A stretch of DNA of 64,000 bases from an uncultured Bdellovibrionales bacterium (GTDB lineage: Bacteria > Bdellovibrionota > Bdellovibrionia > Bdellovibrionales > Bdellovibrionaceae), in the NCBI GenBank assembly GCA_903926205.1, contig CAIYID010000060.1:8242-72241 (forward strand), in the 5' to 3' direction. The position numbers were made by a program, and so were the translations under genes. Positions 1 to 9,985 of the stretch are shown here, one piece after another; the stretch's first letter is position 1; every line of letters begins with the position of its first letter. The notes beneath the pieces are model-generated. The model searched no databases, had not been told where the DNA came from, and was given only the letters and a program-made list of their open reading frames with translations.

Positions 1-25
1 GCCCGAATGCGCTAAACTGAAACAG

Positions 26-1114
26 ATGGCGACTGAAGCAAAAAATAGACAGTCCAAACGCAACTCAGCGATGGATCCAAAAGACCGCAAAATCTTGGTG
101 GTGGATGATGATCCTGACTGCCTTGAAATTATTGCAGAGGCGCTCAGTTGGGATGGATATCAAATAGAAAAATTGGATTCTGCTCAGCAGGCCATCGAAC
201 TCACTCAGCTTTGGAAACCACATTTGGTGATTTTAGACGTCAACATGCCCGATCGACATGGGGCGGACACTCTTCAACTCCTTAAAGAACAAGATCCCTT
301 TTTGGCCGTGATGTTTATTTCGGGAAATACGACAACAGATGCCGTGATTGAAGGCCTAGATGCCGGAGCCGATGATTATCTTCCGAAGCCTTTTGACCCA
401 CTTGAACTTCTAGCACGCGTTCGCACGCAGTTTCGAATCAAAGACCTTAGCGATGAGTTGCGCCAAGCAAATGAAAAATTAAAAGAACTTGTCGATATTG
501 ATGATCTCACCGGGCTTTATAACATGCGCTCAATCTACCAGCGTGTTGACCTCGAGCTTGAGCGGGGACGCCGGTTCAATCGACCGATTTGCGTTGTTAT
601 GATGGACATGGACAAGTTCAAAACTGTCAATGATGGACATGATCATCTTTTTGGAAGTTATGTTTTGTCAGAAGTTGGCAAACTTGTAAGCGAAAATATT
701 CGAAATATCGACATCGGAGCACGCTACGGCGGTGATGAGTTCCTGATCATGCTGACAGAGACCAACAAAGATGGTGCTTTGATTTTTTGTGAGCGTTTGC
801 GCAAGGCCATTTTTCTTAATCATTTTAAAAATGAAGAGGATGAAATCCGCTTAACTGCCAGTCTGGGTTTTGCCATTACCAAACCTGGAGACCAAGTGAC
901 GGATGCTCGGTCTTTAGTAAGAACAGCGGACTTAGCTCTTTATGAAGCAAAGAGATCAGGGCGAAATTGCGTTCGATACACAGAGATTGAGGTTGCAAAA
1001 ACCTCACTAACTGAACTAAAAACAAAACATGCCGCCAAAGCGGAGACACCAGTAAAAACTGAAACGAAGCTTTATGATGAAAAGCTTTCCAAATCGAGAA
1101 AAAAGGCCGTATAA
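26..1114 (+). CDS. Response regulator with diguanylate cyclase output (REC-GGDEF)
   Basis: 362 aa ORF. N-terminal receiver domain (ILVVDDD, LDVNMPD, DYLPKPF), then a coiled linker and a GGDEF domain with an intact RYGGDEF motif. Confidence 0.85.
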   Translation: MATEAKNRQSKRNSAMDPKDRKILVVDDDPDCLEIIAEALSWDGYQIEKLDSAQQAIELTQLWKPHLVILDVNMPDRHGADTLQLLKEQDPFLAVMFISGNTTTDAVIEGLDAGADDYLPKPFDPLELLARVRTQFRIKDLSDELRQANEKLKELVDIDDLTGLYNMRSIYQRVDLELERGRRFNRPICVVMMDMDKFKTVNDGHDHLFGSYVLSEVGKLVSENIRNIDIGARYGGDEFLIMLTETNKDGALIFCERLRKAIFLNHFKNEEDEIRLTASLGFAITKPGDQVTDARSLVRTADLALYEAKRSGRNCVRYTEIEVAKTSLTELKTKHAAKAETPVKTETKLYDEKLSKSRKKAV

Positions 1115-2137
1115 ATGACTCCAGAAATTTCGTTACCACCTCCAAAGACCGTCATCTCTTTGGCTTGGATTTCATTGGCTGGAGCCTTCATCGTTTTGAC
1201 TTTGAAAGTCATTGCTTATCTTCAAACAAATTCCGGTGGAATTTTATCTGATGCTCTTGAGAGTATGATTGATATCGTGAGTGCTATTGTCACTTTGCGA
1301 GTGGTGAAATTGGTTTCTGAACCCGCCGACGAACAGCACCCTTATGGTCATGGAAAGCTCGAATACTTTAGCGTGGCTTTTGAAGGCGGACTGATTGCCT
1401 TTGCCGCAATTTTAATTGGATTTGGAGCTGGCAAGGCACTGATTTTTGGTGGCCACGTCGGGGAAATTGAATCAGGCTTGGGTCTTTTGACTCTCACTGT
1501 GATTATCAATGGCGCTCTTGCCGCCTTTATCTATCGAAGAGGAAAAGCCGCACGGTCTCAAGCAATGATTGCAAAATCGAGGCATATTCTTGCTGATTTA
1601 GTCACTACTTTTTCTGTGATGATTGGCTTGGGACTGGTGAAGCTCACTGGGTTGGTTTGGATTGACTCTGTAGCCGCCTTAATCGTTGCCATTCACTTAG
1701 TACGAGAAGGTATACAAATTATTCGCCAGGCTATCGGAGGCTTGATTGATGAAGTCGATACGGACTCTCTCGATGAGGTTTCGGCCGCGTTCTCTGCCAA
1801 TCGGTTGACAGGGATTATTGATATTCATCATTTAAAGCTGATTCGCTCAGGAAGATTTCATCATATCGATTTGCACATGGTAGTCCCTGAGTTTTGGAAT
1901 ATTATTGAAACTCACAACATGATGAAAGATTTTGAAAAAAAAGTAATGGCGGCCTACAACAATGAAGGTGAAATCGCTTTTCACGTTGATCCCTGCCATC
2001 AAGAGTACTGTCGCACTTGCGATTTGGAAAATTGTCAGATAAGACAGCTCAAATTTATTCAACACCGAAAGTTTACGCCGGAGAGCCTCACGAAACCTCC
2101 CGTCATAGATGCTCTTTTGACAAGCCTTCGGCCATAG
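1115..2137 (+). CDS. Cation diffusion facilitator (CDF) family metal efflux transporter
   Basis: 340 aa. Several N-terminal TM helices, the CDF signature HPYGHGKLEYF, and a cytoplasmic C-terminal domain. The ATG abuts the upstream stop (TAAATG). Confidence 0.8.
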   Translation: MTPEISLPPPKTVISLAWISLAGAFIVLTLKVIAYLQTNSGGILSDALESMIDIVSAIVTLRVVKLVSEPADEQHPYGHGKLEYFSVAFEGGLIAFAAILIGFGAGKALIFGGHVGEIESGLGLLTLTVIINGALAAFIYRRGKAARSQAMIAKSRHILADLVTTFSVMIGLGLVKLTGLVWIDSVAALIVAIHLVREGIQIIRQAIGGLIDEVDTDSLDEVSAAFSANRLTGIIDIHHLKLIRSGRFHHIDLHMVVPEFWNIIETHNMMKDFEKKVMAAYNNEGEIAFHVDPCHQEYCRTCDLENCQIRQLKFIQHRKFTPESLTKPPVIDALLTSLRP

Positions 2138-2154
2138 TTCTAAAGGACCTCGGA

Positions 2155-2850
2155 TTGGAAAACTTTCGCCGCCCCCGCATCGTTAAAACTAAGGATTTAA
2201 AAATTCCTAATTACTACACTCAGGCCATTGATGGTGAGTTTGGCGAATATGCCTTTAACGAAGAACGGGTTTTGGAAAACAAATCCTTCTGGCGCTCGAA
2301 GATTTTTAAAGTTAATGAGTCCGCCCCCATGGACCTGGAAATTGGCACAGGAAATGGTGTTCATTTTCAACATCATTGCCTGGCCTATCCTGAGCGCAGC
2401 TTAGTTGGCCTTGAATTAAAGTATAAACCTTTAATTCAAACCATCCGAGGCTGCTTACGAAAAGGGGCAAAAAATGGCCGAATCGTTCGCTTCCACGCCT
2501 TTAATATTGATGAAATTTTTGGAACTGACGAAGTGAATGATATTTACGTTCACTTTCCTGACCCCTGGACGACTCCACGTAAGCCCAGAAATCGTGTGAT
2601 GAACCCTCGTATGCTGGAGCTGTTTTGGCAAATGCAACGTCCGGGCTCCAAATTAGATTTTAAAACAGATTCTCGCGAAATGTTTTTGTGGGCCATGCAA
2701 CAAATTGAAGCCTCAAAATATAAAATTGAATTTCATACTTTAAATTTACACAAAACTGAAATGACCGCCGAAAACATTATTACCGGATTTGAAAAAATAT
2801 TTATTTCTCAAGGCATCGAAATTAACTTTGTTCGATTGCGAAAATCTTAA
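2155..2850 (+). CDS. trmB: tRNA (guanine-N7)-methyltransferase
   Basis: LEIGTGNG SAM-binding motif and HFPDPW motif typical of TrmB. The longest ORF (start 2017) overlaps the CDF gene by 121 nt, so I place the start at in-frame TTG 2155. The start is uncertain. Confidence 0.75.
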   Translation: MENFRRPRIVKTKDLKIPNYYTQAIDGEFGEYAFNEERVLENKSFWRSKIFKVNESAPMDLEIGTGNGVHFQHHCLAYPERSLVGLELKYKPLIQTIRGCLRKGAKNGRIVRFHAFNIDEIFGTDEVNDIYVHFPDPWTTPRKPRNRVMNPRMLELFWQMQRPGSKLDFKTDSREMFLWAMQQIEASKYKIEFHTLNLHKTEMTAENIITGFEKIFISQGIEINFVRLRKS

Positions 2851-3153
2851 ATGGCAAAGATTCAATTTGCTAGAAAACAACGGCCCAATTTTGAAGTGAC
2901 CACTGGCGAAATATTAATGAAAACACTTTTAGACCATCAAGTCCCCGTGGCTTCTTCCTGCCAAGGTGAAGGTGTTTGTGGGAAATGCCGTATAACAATA
3001 ACCTCTGGTCGTGAAAATATTTCTCCCATTTCTGAAATTGAAAAATTTTTGATTGAAAAAAATAAATATCCGGAAGGAAGTCGTATCAGTTGTCAGGTCA
3101 TCATTACGGGTGATGACCAAACAGAGATCACAATTGACACTGGTTATTGGTGA
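2851..3153 (+). CDS. 2Fe-2S ferredoxin-like protein
   Basis: 100 aa. Cys cluster SSCQGEGVCGKC plus a distal RISCQV, the spacing of a plant-type 2Fe-2S domain. The ATG abuts the trmB stop (TAAATG). Confidence 0.6.
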   Translation: MAKIQFARKQRPNFEVTTGEILMKTLLDHQVPVASSCQGEGVCGKCRITITSGRENISPISEIEKFLIEKNKYPEGSRISCQVIITGDDQTEITIDTGYW

Positions 3154-3197
3154 GTAGAAACTCTTAATTCTTGGCGCATTTGTGAAAGGAACTCTTT

Positions 3198-4151
3198 ATG
3201 ACCAATGCAACGAACACCTCTGCAAAAATTGAAAATGTCCTTATTATTGGATCCGGTCCGGCAGGTTTAACCTCAGCAATTTATGCGGCTCGCGCAAATT
3301 TGCAGCCCCTGATGATCGAGGGAGATCAAGCCGGTGGACAGTTGATGCTCACTACGGAGATCGAAAATTTCCCAGGTTTTGAACATGGCATCACCGGCAC
3401 GGATTTAATTGAAGTGATGCGTAAGCAAGCCGAACGCTTTGGAACTCGTTTTATCACTCGTGATGTGACCGCGGTAGATTTTTCTTCGCGTCCATTCAAA
3501 GTCACCGTTGGCAAAGAAACTCATTTAGCAAAAACCGTGATCATTTCCACCGGCGCCACTGCAAAATATTTGGGCCTCGATTCAGAAAAAAAATACATGA
3601 ACCGAGGAGTCTCTGCTTGTGCCACTTGCGATGGTGCTTTTTATAAAAATGTTGAAGTGGGGGTCGTGGGTGGCGGTGACACCGCAATGGAAGAAGCTAA
3701 CTTTTTGACCCGCTTTGCGTCGAAGGTTTACTTGATTCATCGTCGTGATTCCTTTCGCGCCTCAAAAGTCATGGTGGATCGCGCTCTAAAAAATCCTAAA
3801 ATCGAAGTGATTTGGAATTCTGAGGTAACAGAGGTGCTCGGTGATCCAAAAGGGATGACTGGTTTGGTGATAAAAAATCTAAAAAGCGGAGAAACTCAGC
3901 AAAAAAATCTTCAAGGCTTATTCTTAGCAATCGGTCATAAGCCCAATACCGAATTATTCCAAAAAGTGCTAGATCTGAATGAAGTTGGCTATATCAAAAC
4001 CAATGCAGGGACGACTTATACTAATGTTCCAGGAGTCTTTGCGGCTGGAGACGTTCAGGACCCGACCTACCGCCAGGCCATCACTGCTGCAGGTAGTGGT
4101 TGCATGGCGGCCATCGATGCGGAAAGATGGTTGGAAGCACAGGAACACTAA
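3198..4151 (+). CDS. trxB: Thioredoxin-disulfide reductase
   Basis: 317 aa. FAD motif GSGPAG, redox-active CATCDG, NADPH motif GGGDTAMEEA, and C-terminal GDVQD. Confidence 0.9.
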   Translation: MTNATNTSAKIENVLIIGSGPAGLTSAIYAARANLQPLMIEGDQAGGQLMLTTEIENFPGFEHGITGTDLIEVMRKQAERFGTRFITRDVTAVDFSSRPFKVTVGKETHLAKTVIISTGATAKYLGLDSEKKYMNRGVSACATCDGAFYKNVEVGVVGGGDTAMEEANFLTRFASKVYLIHRRDSFRASKVMVDRALKNPKIEVIWNSEVTEVLGDPKGMTGLVIKNLKSGETQQKNLQGLFLAIGHKPNTELFQKVLDLNEVGYIKTNAGTTYTNVPGVFAAGDVQDPTYRQAITAAGSGCMAAIDAERWLEAQEH

Positions 4152-4162
4152 AGGAAATTAAA

Positions 4163-4666
4163 ATGGCGAAGAAAAAAGTCAATGCCCGAGAGTTCATTAG
4201 TCAAATCGAAAAAATGACTCGTTCACGCATGGCCGCAGGCGATGTCGTTTCTCTGGATAATTTTCGTGATTTTAAAAAGAAAATAGACCCTCCCACAATT
4301 CTGGTCATTGATGATGAAGAATCAATGAGAGCCTCGATGAAACGGATTTTTGAACAAGAATCCTACATTGTTAAATTGGCGGCCGATGCGACCGAACTTT
4401 CAAAAGTTTTGGATGAAGTGACTCCTGATTTGATTTTGATGGATGTCGGCTTACCTTGGTTGAATGGCTTCGAATTAGGACTTATGTTGAAAGAACATAA
4501 AGACCTAAAAAAAATTCCCCTCGTTTTTGTCTCGGGAAAAACCAGTGAGGAAGATGTGAAAAAGGCGTTTGAAATTGGAGCTGACGATTACATTAAGAAA
4601 CCTTTTGAAATCGATAAGCTGAAAAAAACGGTTCAGACTCTTCTGAAAATCAATAAACCGATTTAA
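4163..4666 (+). CDS. Single-domain response regulator (REC) with a ~45 aa N-terminal extension
   Basis: Receiver motifs ILVIDDEES, LILMDVGLP, FVSGKT and DYIKKPF. ATG 4163 is preceded by AAGGAA. The longer ORF from 4100 would overlap the trxB 3' end. Confidence 0.75.
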   Translation: MAKKKVNAREFISQIEKMTRSRMAAGDVVSLDNFRDFKKKIDPPTILVIDDEESMRASMKRIFEQESYIVKLAADATELSKVLDEVTPDLILMDVGLPWLNGFELGLMLKEHKDLKKIPLVFVSGKTSEEDVKKAFEIGADDYIKKPFEIDKLKKTVQTLLKINKPI

Positions 4667-4696
4667 TCTGGCCTATAAATTGCTCAACTGATTTAC

Positions 4697-6805
4697 ATGA
4701 GACATTGTGCTCTTTTTATAATGATTATATTGGTTTTGAGAGCTCAGAGCGTCTATTCTGCTGACAGTTGTAAAGACATTTTGAAAAACCAGCACTTTTC
4801 AAACGCTGAAAAATCAGCGGTGAAACCTCTCCCAAAGCCAGCAAAAACCTCGAGTATACAATACAAGAGTGACGTTTCTTTTCAAAAAAACTCAAGTCCT
4901 CTTGTCGAAGAATACTCTCTCCGAGAAGGCCCTGTCGCAGCTCATATCTATCTAGATTCTGAAAATAAAGAACCCTATATTATTGTTGGTTTTCCTGCTG
5001 GCAATTCTGGGGTGGCTCTTTGGTTTACTTCAGAAACCGAGCGTCCTCACATAAAGGCGTCAACTTCTCCGAAAACTCTTCAAAGAAAAGAAAATTCCAA
5101 TGGCATTGAAATTGATGCTCGGAGTGGAACGAAGAAGCTGACGATTGGTGATTCTGTTCTAGGAAGCATGCGTTTTATTCGTGATCGTGAACTGGACTTT
5201 CCAATTCCAACTGAAGTTGCAACTAAAAACCCTCGCGTTGAAAATGGAAAACTTATTCTTGAGCGCAAAAGCATTAATGGTTTTTACGAATACCTCCTTG
5301 AACTGGAACCACAAGGAGATACCCACTTTACCGAAAACAAAAATTCAATTGAGTTAACTTCTCAGACTGAAGTTAAATTTAAAATTCGGGCCTTCAGCAG
5401 TGAGCCTTCTCTGACCGCAATTCCTCTCGAGGATGTTTTTACTGAACAGGCACTTAAAACTATGGATCCAAAGAGCCTTCAGTCCTTTTCTTTTTTACTT
5501 TTTAAAGAAAAACTGATGGCGGGTTCTCCGCGCTATTTTTCTAAATTTGGACGTGATTCTATTTATACACTCGGCGTTTTAATGAGAGTCATGAAACCCG
5601 AAGCCATCGAAAGTTTACTCACCGCCACTATAAGTAGTATGCATCCTAAACTAGGTTTAATTTCTCACGAACAACATGAAGGAGATTTCGCTTCATTTGT
5701 ACGATTAAAAAATCACAAAAAATATAAAGGTGTTACCGAACCGATCGAAGATTATAAGATGATAGATGATGATTTTGCTTTTACGATCGTACTTTCAGAA
5801 TACTTGAATCGGTACCCAGAACGTGCAAAAGATTTTCTTGATCGTAATGATCAGCGAGGTTTCAGCCAGCGTTCATTAATCAATAAACTTTTCAACCATG
5901 TGATTCGCTCTACTGACGCTTTTCGCTTAAATCCAATCTATAAAAATCTAGTGAGTCTTAAAGGAGAAGAAAAAACAGGCCAATGGCGAGACAGTGAAAA
6001 CGGTCTTGGTGGTGGCAAGTACCCATATGATGTAAATGCGGTCTTTGTACCGTCAGCGATCAAGGCCCTCGCGGAACTTAGCGCAAATCCTGACAGCGAT
6101 TTTTTCGACAAGAAATTAGCAATCACACTCAACCAATCATTTGAAATATGGAACACTCATGTCAGTCCACTTTTCAAAGTCCATAAATCTAAAACTGATG
6201 TCGAGCAAATTGGTCAACAGTATTTGAGAAGTCTTGGCATTGATGAAATACCTCCATCACTAAAAACAGATATTATTTTTCCAGCGATTTCACTCGACAA
6301 AGAAGGTCGGCCAATTCCTATTATGCATTCCGATGACAGCATAATGATGGCTTTTGGATTTCCGTCTGAATTCGATTTGAGTTCAGCCTGCCAACGTATT
6401 CTGTTACAGTTTCCTTATGGCTTAGGTACTCCAGTCGGAATTCTTGTGGCGAATCCGATTTTTGCTTCAGAGGAACTTAAAGTCCAATTTGACGAAACTA
6501 AATATCACGGTCGTGTGAGCTGGACAATGCAAGAGGATTTGCTTTTATATGGAATCTTTCGTCAGCTTGAGCGCACGGACCTTTCTTCAGGTCTTAGAAA
6601 TAAGCTTGAACGCTCGAAGTCAGTGCTTGAAAAAATCGCAGAAGCGAAATCCAACATGGGTGGCGGAGAAGTTTTTTCTATCGACTTTAAGAACAGCGAG
6701 TGGGTCGCCAAGCCATTTAAAGGCGATGCGAGAGGCAATTCAAACCAACTGTGGAGCCATTTGAGTCTTTGGATGGCGCGACTGGTTGACCCAAATCCGA
6801 ATTGA
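4697..6805 (+). CDS. Secreted protein, possibly an (alpha/alpha)6-barrel glycoside hydrolase of the GDE_C/amylo-alpha-1,6-glucosidase type
   Basis: 702 aa with an N-terminal signal peptide (MRHCALFIMIILVLRAQSVYSA). Blocks FGRDSIYTLG, YPYDVNAVF, YHGRVSWTMQEDL and NQLWSH resemble conserved GDE_C-like blocks. By-eye similarity only. Confidence 0.4.
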   Translation: MRHCALFIMIILVLRAQSVYSADSCKDILKNQHFSNAEKSAVKPLPKPAKTSSIQYKSDVSFQKNSSPLVEEYSLREGPVAAHIYLDSENKEPYIIVGFPAGNSGVALWFTSETERPHIKASTSPKTLQRKENSNGIEIDARSGTKKLTIGDSVLGSMRFIRDRELDFPIPTEVATKNPRVENGKLILERKSINGFYEYLLELEPQGDTHFTENKNSIELTSQTEVKFKIRAFSSEPSLTAIPLEDVFTEQALKTMDPKSLQSFSFLLFKEKLMAGSPRYFSKFGRDSIYTLGVLMRVMKPEAIESLLTATISSMHPKLGLISHEQHEGDFASFVRLKNHKKYKGVTEPIEDYKMIDDDFAFTIVLSEYLNRYPERAKDFLDRNDQRGFSQRSLINKLFNHVIRSTDAFRLNPIYKNLVSLKGEEKTGQWRDSENGLGGGKYPYDVNAVFVPSAIKALAELSANPDSDFFDKKLAITLNQSFEIWNTHVSPLFKVHKSKTDVEQIGQQYLRSLGIDEIPPSLKTDIIFPAISLDKEGRPIPIMHSDDSIMMAFGFPSEFDLSSACQRILLQFPYGLGTPVGILVANPIFASEELKVQFDETKYHGRVSWTMQEDLLLYGIFRQLERTDLSSGLRNKLERSKSVLEKIAEAKSNMGGGEVFSIDFKNSEWVAKPFKGDARGNSNQLWSHLSLWMARLVDPNPN

Positions 6806-6808
6806 AAG

Positions 6809-7249
6809 CTACGAAATGATCTCCAAGGTTTCAAGTAAGTCGTCTAGTTTCTTTTTTTGCGCCTTTGAAAGCATAACAAAATGAAGCCGAGGAGACCGAA
6901 GCCGATCTTCAACGCCTCGACCTTTGACAAGAAAAAATTCACGTGTGCGCCCCACTTGATGAATCATGACGATATCCAGCACTTGGCCGACAAATTCTGT
7001 CGGAATGCTTTCAATCAAAAGCAAGCCGGTTTCTGAAATATTCTGCGCTTTTGTGCGAAAGGAAACTCCTTCACAAAAAATGACTGTTTCAAATTCTGCT
7101 TTATAACGAGGAGCACCTCGTCGTTCTGACTTTTTTAAAATTGGAGTCAACACTGGTGGCTTTGCCGTCAGATGGATCGAAATTTCTGGCCTTGTAATAC
7201 TTGACTCATTATTAAAAGAAACTTTTTTCTTCTTCTTTGAAAGGGCCAT
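6809..7249 (-). CDS. PilZ domain protein (c-di-GMP receptor)
   Basis: 146 aa. RRGAPR (RxxxR) followed by NISETG (D/NxSxxG), the bipartite PilZ signature. Starts 22 nt downstream of the oppF-like stop, with a GAGGA RBS. Confidence 0.65.
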   Translation of the reverse strand: MALSKKKKKVSFNNESSITRPEISIHLTAKPPVLTPILKKSERRGAPRYKAEFETVIFCEGVSFRTKAQNISETGLLLIESIPTEFVGQVLDIVMIHQVGRTREFFLVKGRGVEDRLRSPRLHFVMLSKAQKKKLDDLLETLEIIS

Positions 7250-7271
7250 TCCTCATCCCCCGATTGAAGAA

Positions 7272-8258
7272 TTATCGGCTATTTTCTGGGGAAACTTGAA
7301 GACAGGAAACAATATGATTTTCCCTTTTAATTTCTAGAGTTGGCACCTGTACTTTGCAAGCGTCAACAGCCTGTGGGCAACGTGGGTGAAAGTGACAACC
7401 TGAGGGCGGATTCATTGGACTTGGCACATCTCCAGTAAGAATAATTCGCTGATCTTTACTGTTGGGATCTGGAACAGGAATCGCAGAAAGAAGTGCTTTG
7501 GCATAGGGATGCAGCGGGTGAACATACAATTCTTCAGAAGAAGCGAGTTCCACGATTTTCCCCAAATACATAACAGCGACTCGATTTGAGACATGCTCCA
7601 CGACTTTTAAATCATGAGCAATGAACACGTAGGTAAGACCTAATTTTTGTTGCAGCTCCATAAGTAAATTGATTACTTGGGCCTGGATCGAGACATCAAG
7701 AGCCGATACGGGCTCATCACAAACAATCAATTCAGGCTCCACAGCAAGAGCACGTGCAATTCCAACCCGCTGACGTTGACCGCCCGAAAATTCATGCGGA
7801 TAACGAGTGAGTTGATCGGCTCGCAAACCGACCATCTCGGCAATTTGTAATACTCGATTTCGACGATCACCATTTGAGTCAAATAAATTGTGAATGATCA
7901 AAGGTTCTTCAATGATGGCAGAAATTGTCATCCGTGGATTCAAGCTCGCGTAAGGATCTTGAAAAATGATTTGCATTTTTCGACGTAATTCTCGAAGTCG
8001 ATGACCAGAGACATGCGTAATATCTTCATCCTGAAAAGTGATTTTTCCGGATGTAGGCTCAATCAATCGAATCAAACAACGGCCGAGCGTTGATTTACCG
8101 CAACCAGACTCACCAACAAGACCAAGGGTTTCCCCTTTTTTAAGTTCAAAAGAAACATCTTGAACTGCTTTGACGGAGGCCACTTCTCCGCCAAAAAGGC
8201 CTCCCGCAATGGGAAAACTCTTAACGACATTTTCAACTTTTAAAAATGTTTTTTTCAT
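7272..8258 (-). CDS. Oligopeptide/dipeptide-type ABC transporter ATP-binding protein (OppF/DppF-like)
   Basis: 328 aa. Walker [10 protein letters not shown], signature FSGGQRQR, Walker B LIVCDEP, and the C-terminal oligopeptide-type Cys/His tail (CHFHPRC). Confidence 0.85.
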   Translation of the reverse strand: MKKTFLKVENVVKSFPIAGGLFGGEVASVKAVQDVSFELKKGETLGLVGESGCGKSTLGRCLIRLIEPTSGKITFQDEDITHVSGHRLRELRRKMQIIFQDPYASLNPRMTISAIIEEPLIIHNLFDSNGDRRNRVLQIAEMVGLRADQLTRYPHEFSGGQRQRVGIARALAVEPELIVCDEPVSALDVSIQAQVINLLMELQQKLGLTYVFIAHDLKVVEHVSNRVAVMYLGKIVELASSEELYVHPLHPYAKALLSAIPVPDPNSKDQRIILTGDVPSPMNPPSGCHFHPRCPQAVDACKVQVPTLEIKRENHIVSCLQVSPENSR

Positions 8259-9241
8259 TTTTTTACTTCCTCAGCCAGAGGGAAAAAACAAGAAACTTGA
8301 TGTCCAACAGGACCACTTAATTCAGGAGAATTTTCTTTGCAAGGATCTTGGGCTCGATGACAACGATCACAAAATCGACACCCCTTCGGAAGATGTAAAA
8401 GACTTGGGACCATTCCAGAAATCGTCTGAAGTTTTTCCAATTTTTTACCCGACTCAAAATGAGGAATCGAATTCAGCAAGCCCTTCGTGTAAGGATGACG
8501 AGGTCGATAAAAAATATCTTCCACGGTACCATACTCGACAATTTTTCCTGCGTACATGACCGCGACATCATTACAAGTTTCAGCAACGACACCCAAATCA
8601 TGGGTGATCAGGATCATTCCTGCTCCAAAATCTTTTTGCAGTTTTCGCATCAGATCAAGAATTTGCGCTTGAATGGTCACATCCAGTGCCGTTGTTGGCT
8701 CATCTGCGATTAAAAGTTTTGGATTGCAACTGATCGCCATGGCAATCATCACACGCTGGCGCATGCCCCCCGAGAGTTGATGCGGAAATTCTGAATACCT
8801 TTTTTCAGGAGCAGAAATTCCTACTTTACGAAGCATCTCAATAGCGAGCCTTTTTTGCTCATCGCGCGAAAGATTTTTTTTATGTAACCGCAGAACTTCC
8901 TCAATCTGATCACCACAGGTAAAAACTGGATTCAGAGAAGTCATGGGCTCCTGAAAAATCATCGCAATTTCATTACCACGGACATGGCGCATCTCTGATT
9001 CAGGAACTTTCAGAAGGTCCTTGCCGTCGAAAAGAATCTCACCACCATCGATATGACCCGGATTTTGAATCAAGCGTAGAATTGAAAGAGAGGTCACTGA
9101 TTTTCCACAGCCAGATTCTCCAACAATGCCCAGCGTACGACCGGCATCTACTGAAAAGCTCACGTCATCAACGGCAAAAAAGCTGCCTTCATCGGTAGTG
9201 AAACGGGTCTTTAAATTTCGGACTTCGAGCAAATGGGCCAC
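8255..9241 (-). CDS. Oligopeptide/dipeptide-type ABC transporter ATP-binding protein (OppD/DppD-like)
   Basis: 328 aa. Walker A GESGCGKS, signature LSGGMRQR, Walker [10 protein letters not shown]-terminal CRFCDRC. 4-nt overlap with the downstream ATPase gene. Confidence 0.85.
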   Translation of the reverse strand: MAHLLEVRNLKTRFTTDEGSFFAVDDVSFSVDAGRTLGIVGESGCGKSVTSLSILRLIQNPGHIDGGEILFDGKDLLKVPESEMRHVRGNEIAMIFQEPMTSLNPVFTCGDQIEEVLRLHKKNLSRDEQKRLAIEMLRKVGISAPEKRYSEFPHQLSGGMRQRVMIAMAISCNPKLLIADEPTTALDVTIQAQILDLMRKLQKDFGAGMILITHDLGVVAETCNDVAVMYAGKIVEYGTVEDIFYRPRHPYTKGLLNSIPHFESGKKLEKLQTISGMVPSLLHLPKGCRFCDRCHRAQDPCKENSPELSGPVGHQVSCFFPLAEEVKK

Positions 9242-9325
9242 AATAACTCCTGATTTGCTAAGATATAGGCAATCATGCGCTGGTTCAAGCTTGGCATGGG
9301 CTATGGGCTATGCGACAAAAAGGGA

Positions 9326-9985
9326 ATGAGAACATCAGCAGATCTTAATTCCAATTATCAAGGGTACCATGCTCAGCTTTTTGGCAAAAGCCTAGGGGCC
9401 ATTTTTGAAATATCCAAAGACAAGGCTCAAGACCTGGGCAAAGATGGCATTAGCCTTTCAGCTTCCGAAGGCCAAATTTTGCAATTTTTTGTCAAAGCCT
9501 TTGGATGCAAAAAATTTGTCGAAATTGGCACTCTCACCGGATATTCAGCCTTGTGGATAGCCACAGCGATGGAAGAAGGAGAACTCTTCACTTTGGAAAA
9601 GAACGAGACTCACGCAAAAGCTGCGGAGGACGTCTTTTCTGCATTTAAAACAAAAGTGAAAATCAGTCTGCTGTTGGGTGAAGCCGAAGAACAACTCAGA
9701 CATTTATCACCAAAAGGTCCTTTTGATGGAATTTTTATCGATGGCAATAAATCAGCCTATGTTCATTATTTGAATTGGGCTGAGTCTCATCTTAAATCTG
9801 GAGCCTTGATTGTAGCTGACAATGTTTTTTTAGGTGGAGCAGTTTGGGGGGAGGTCAATTCTCGCTTTTCGAAAAAACAGGTGGCGGTTTTGCAGGAGTT
9901 TAACGAACGTTTAGCGAATCCCGAGAAATATGATAGTTGCTTAATTCCTACCAGCGAGGGGCTTTTTGTTGCTCGTCTGAAGTGA
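9326..9985 (+). CDS. Class I SAM-dependent O-methyltransferase (caffeoyl-CoA O-methyltransferase-like family)
   Basis: Motifs VEIGTLTGYSALW and FDGIFIDGNKSAY. I prefer ATG 9326 (RBS AAGGG) over ORF start 9275, which lies only 33 nt from the divergent oppD-like start. Start uncertain. Confidence 0.7.
   Translation: MRTSADLNSNYQGYHAQLFGKSLGAIFEISKDKAQDLGKDGISLSASEGQILQFFVKAFGCKKFVEIGTLTGYSALWIATAMEEGELFTLEKNETHAKAAEDVFSAFKTKVKISLLLGEAEEQLRHLSPKGPFDGIFIDGNKSAYVHYLNWAESHLKSGALIVADNVFLGGAVWGEVNSRFSKKQVAVLQEFNERLANPEKYDSCLIPTSEGLFVARLK

Noticed and set aside
2017-2154. N-terminal extension of the trmB ORF overlapping the CDF gene by 121 nt
   Set aside because: The extension has no TrmB-like sequence and would require a long same-strand overlap. 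An in-frame TTG at 2155, just after the CDF stop, is more plausible.
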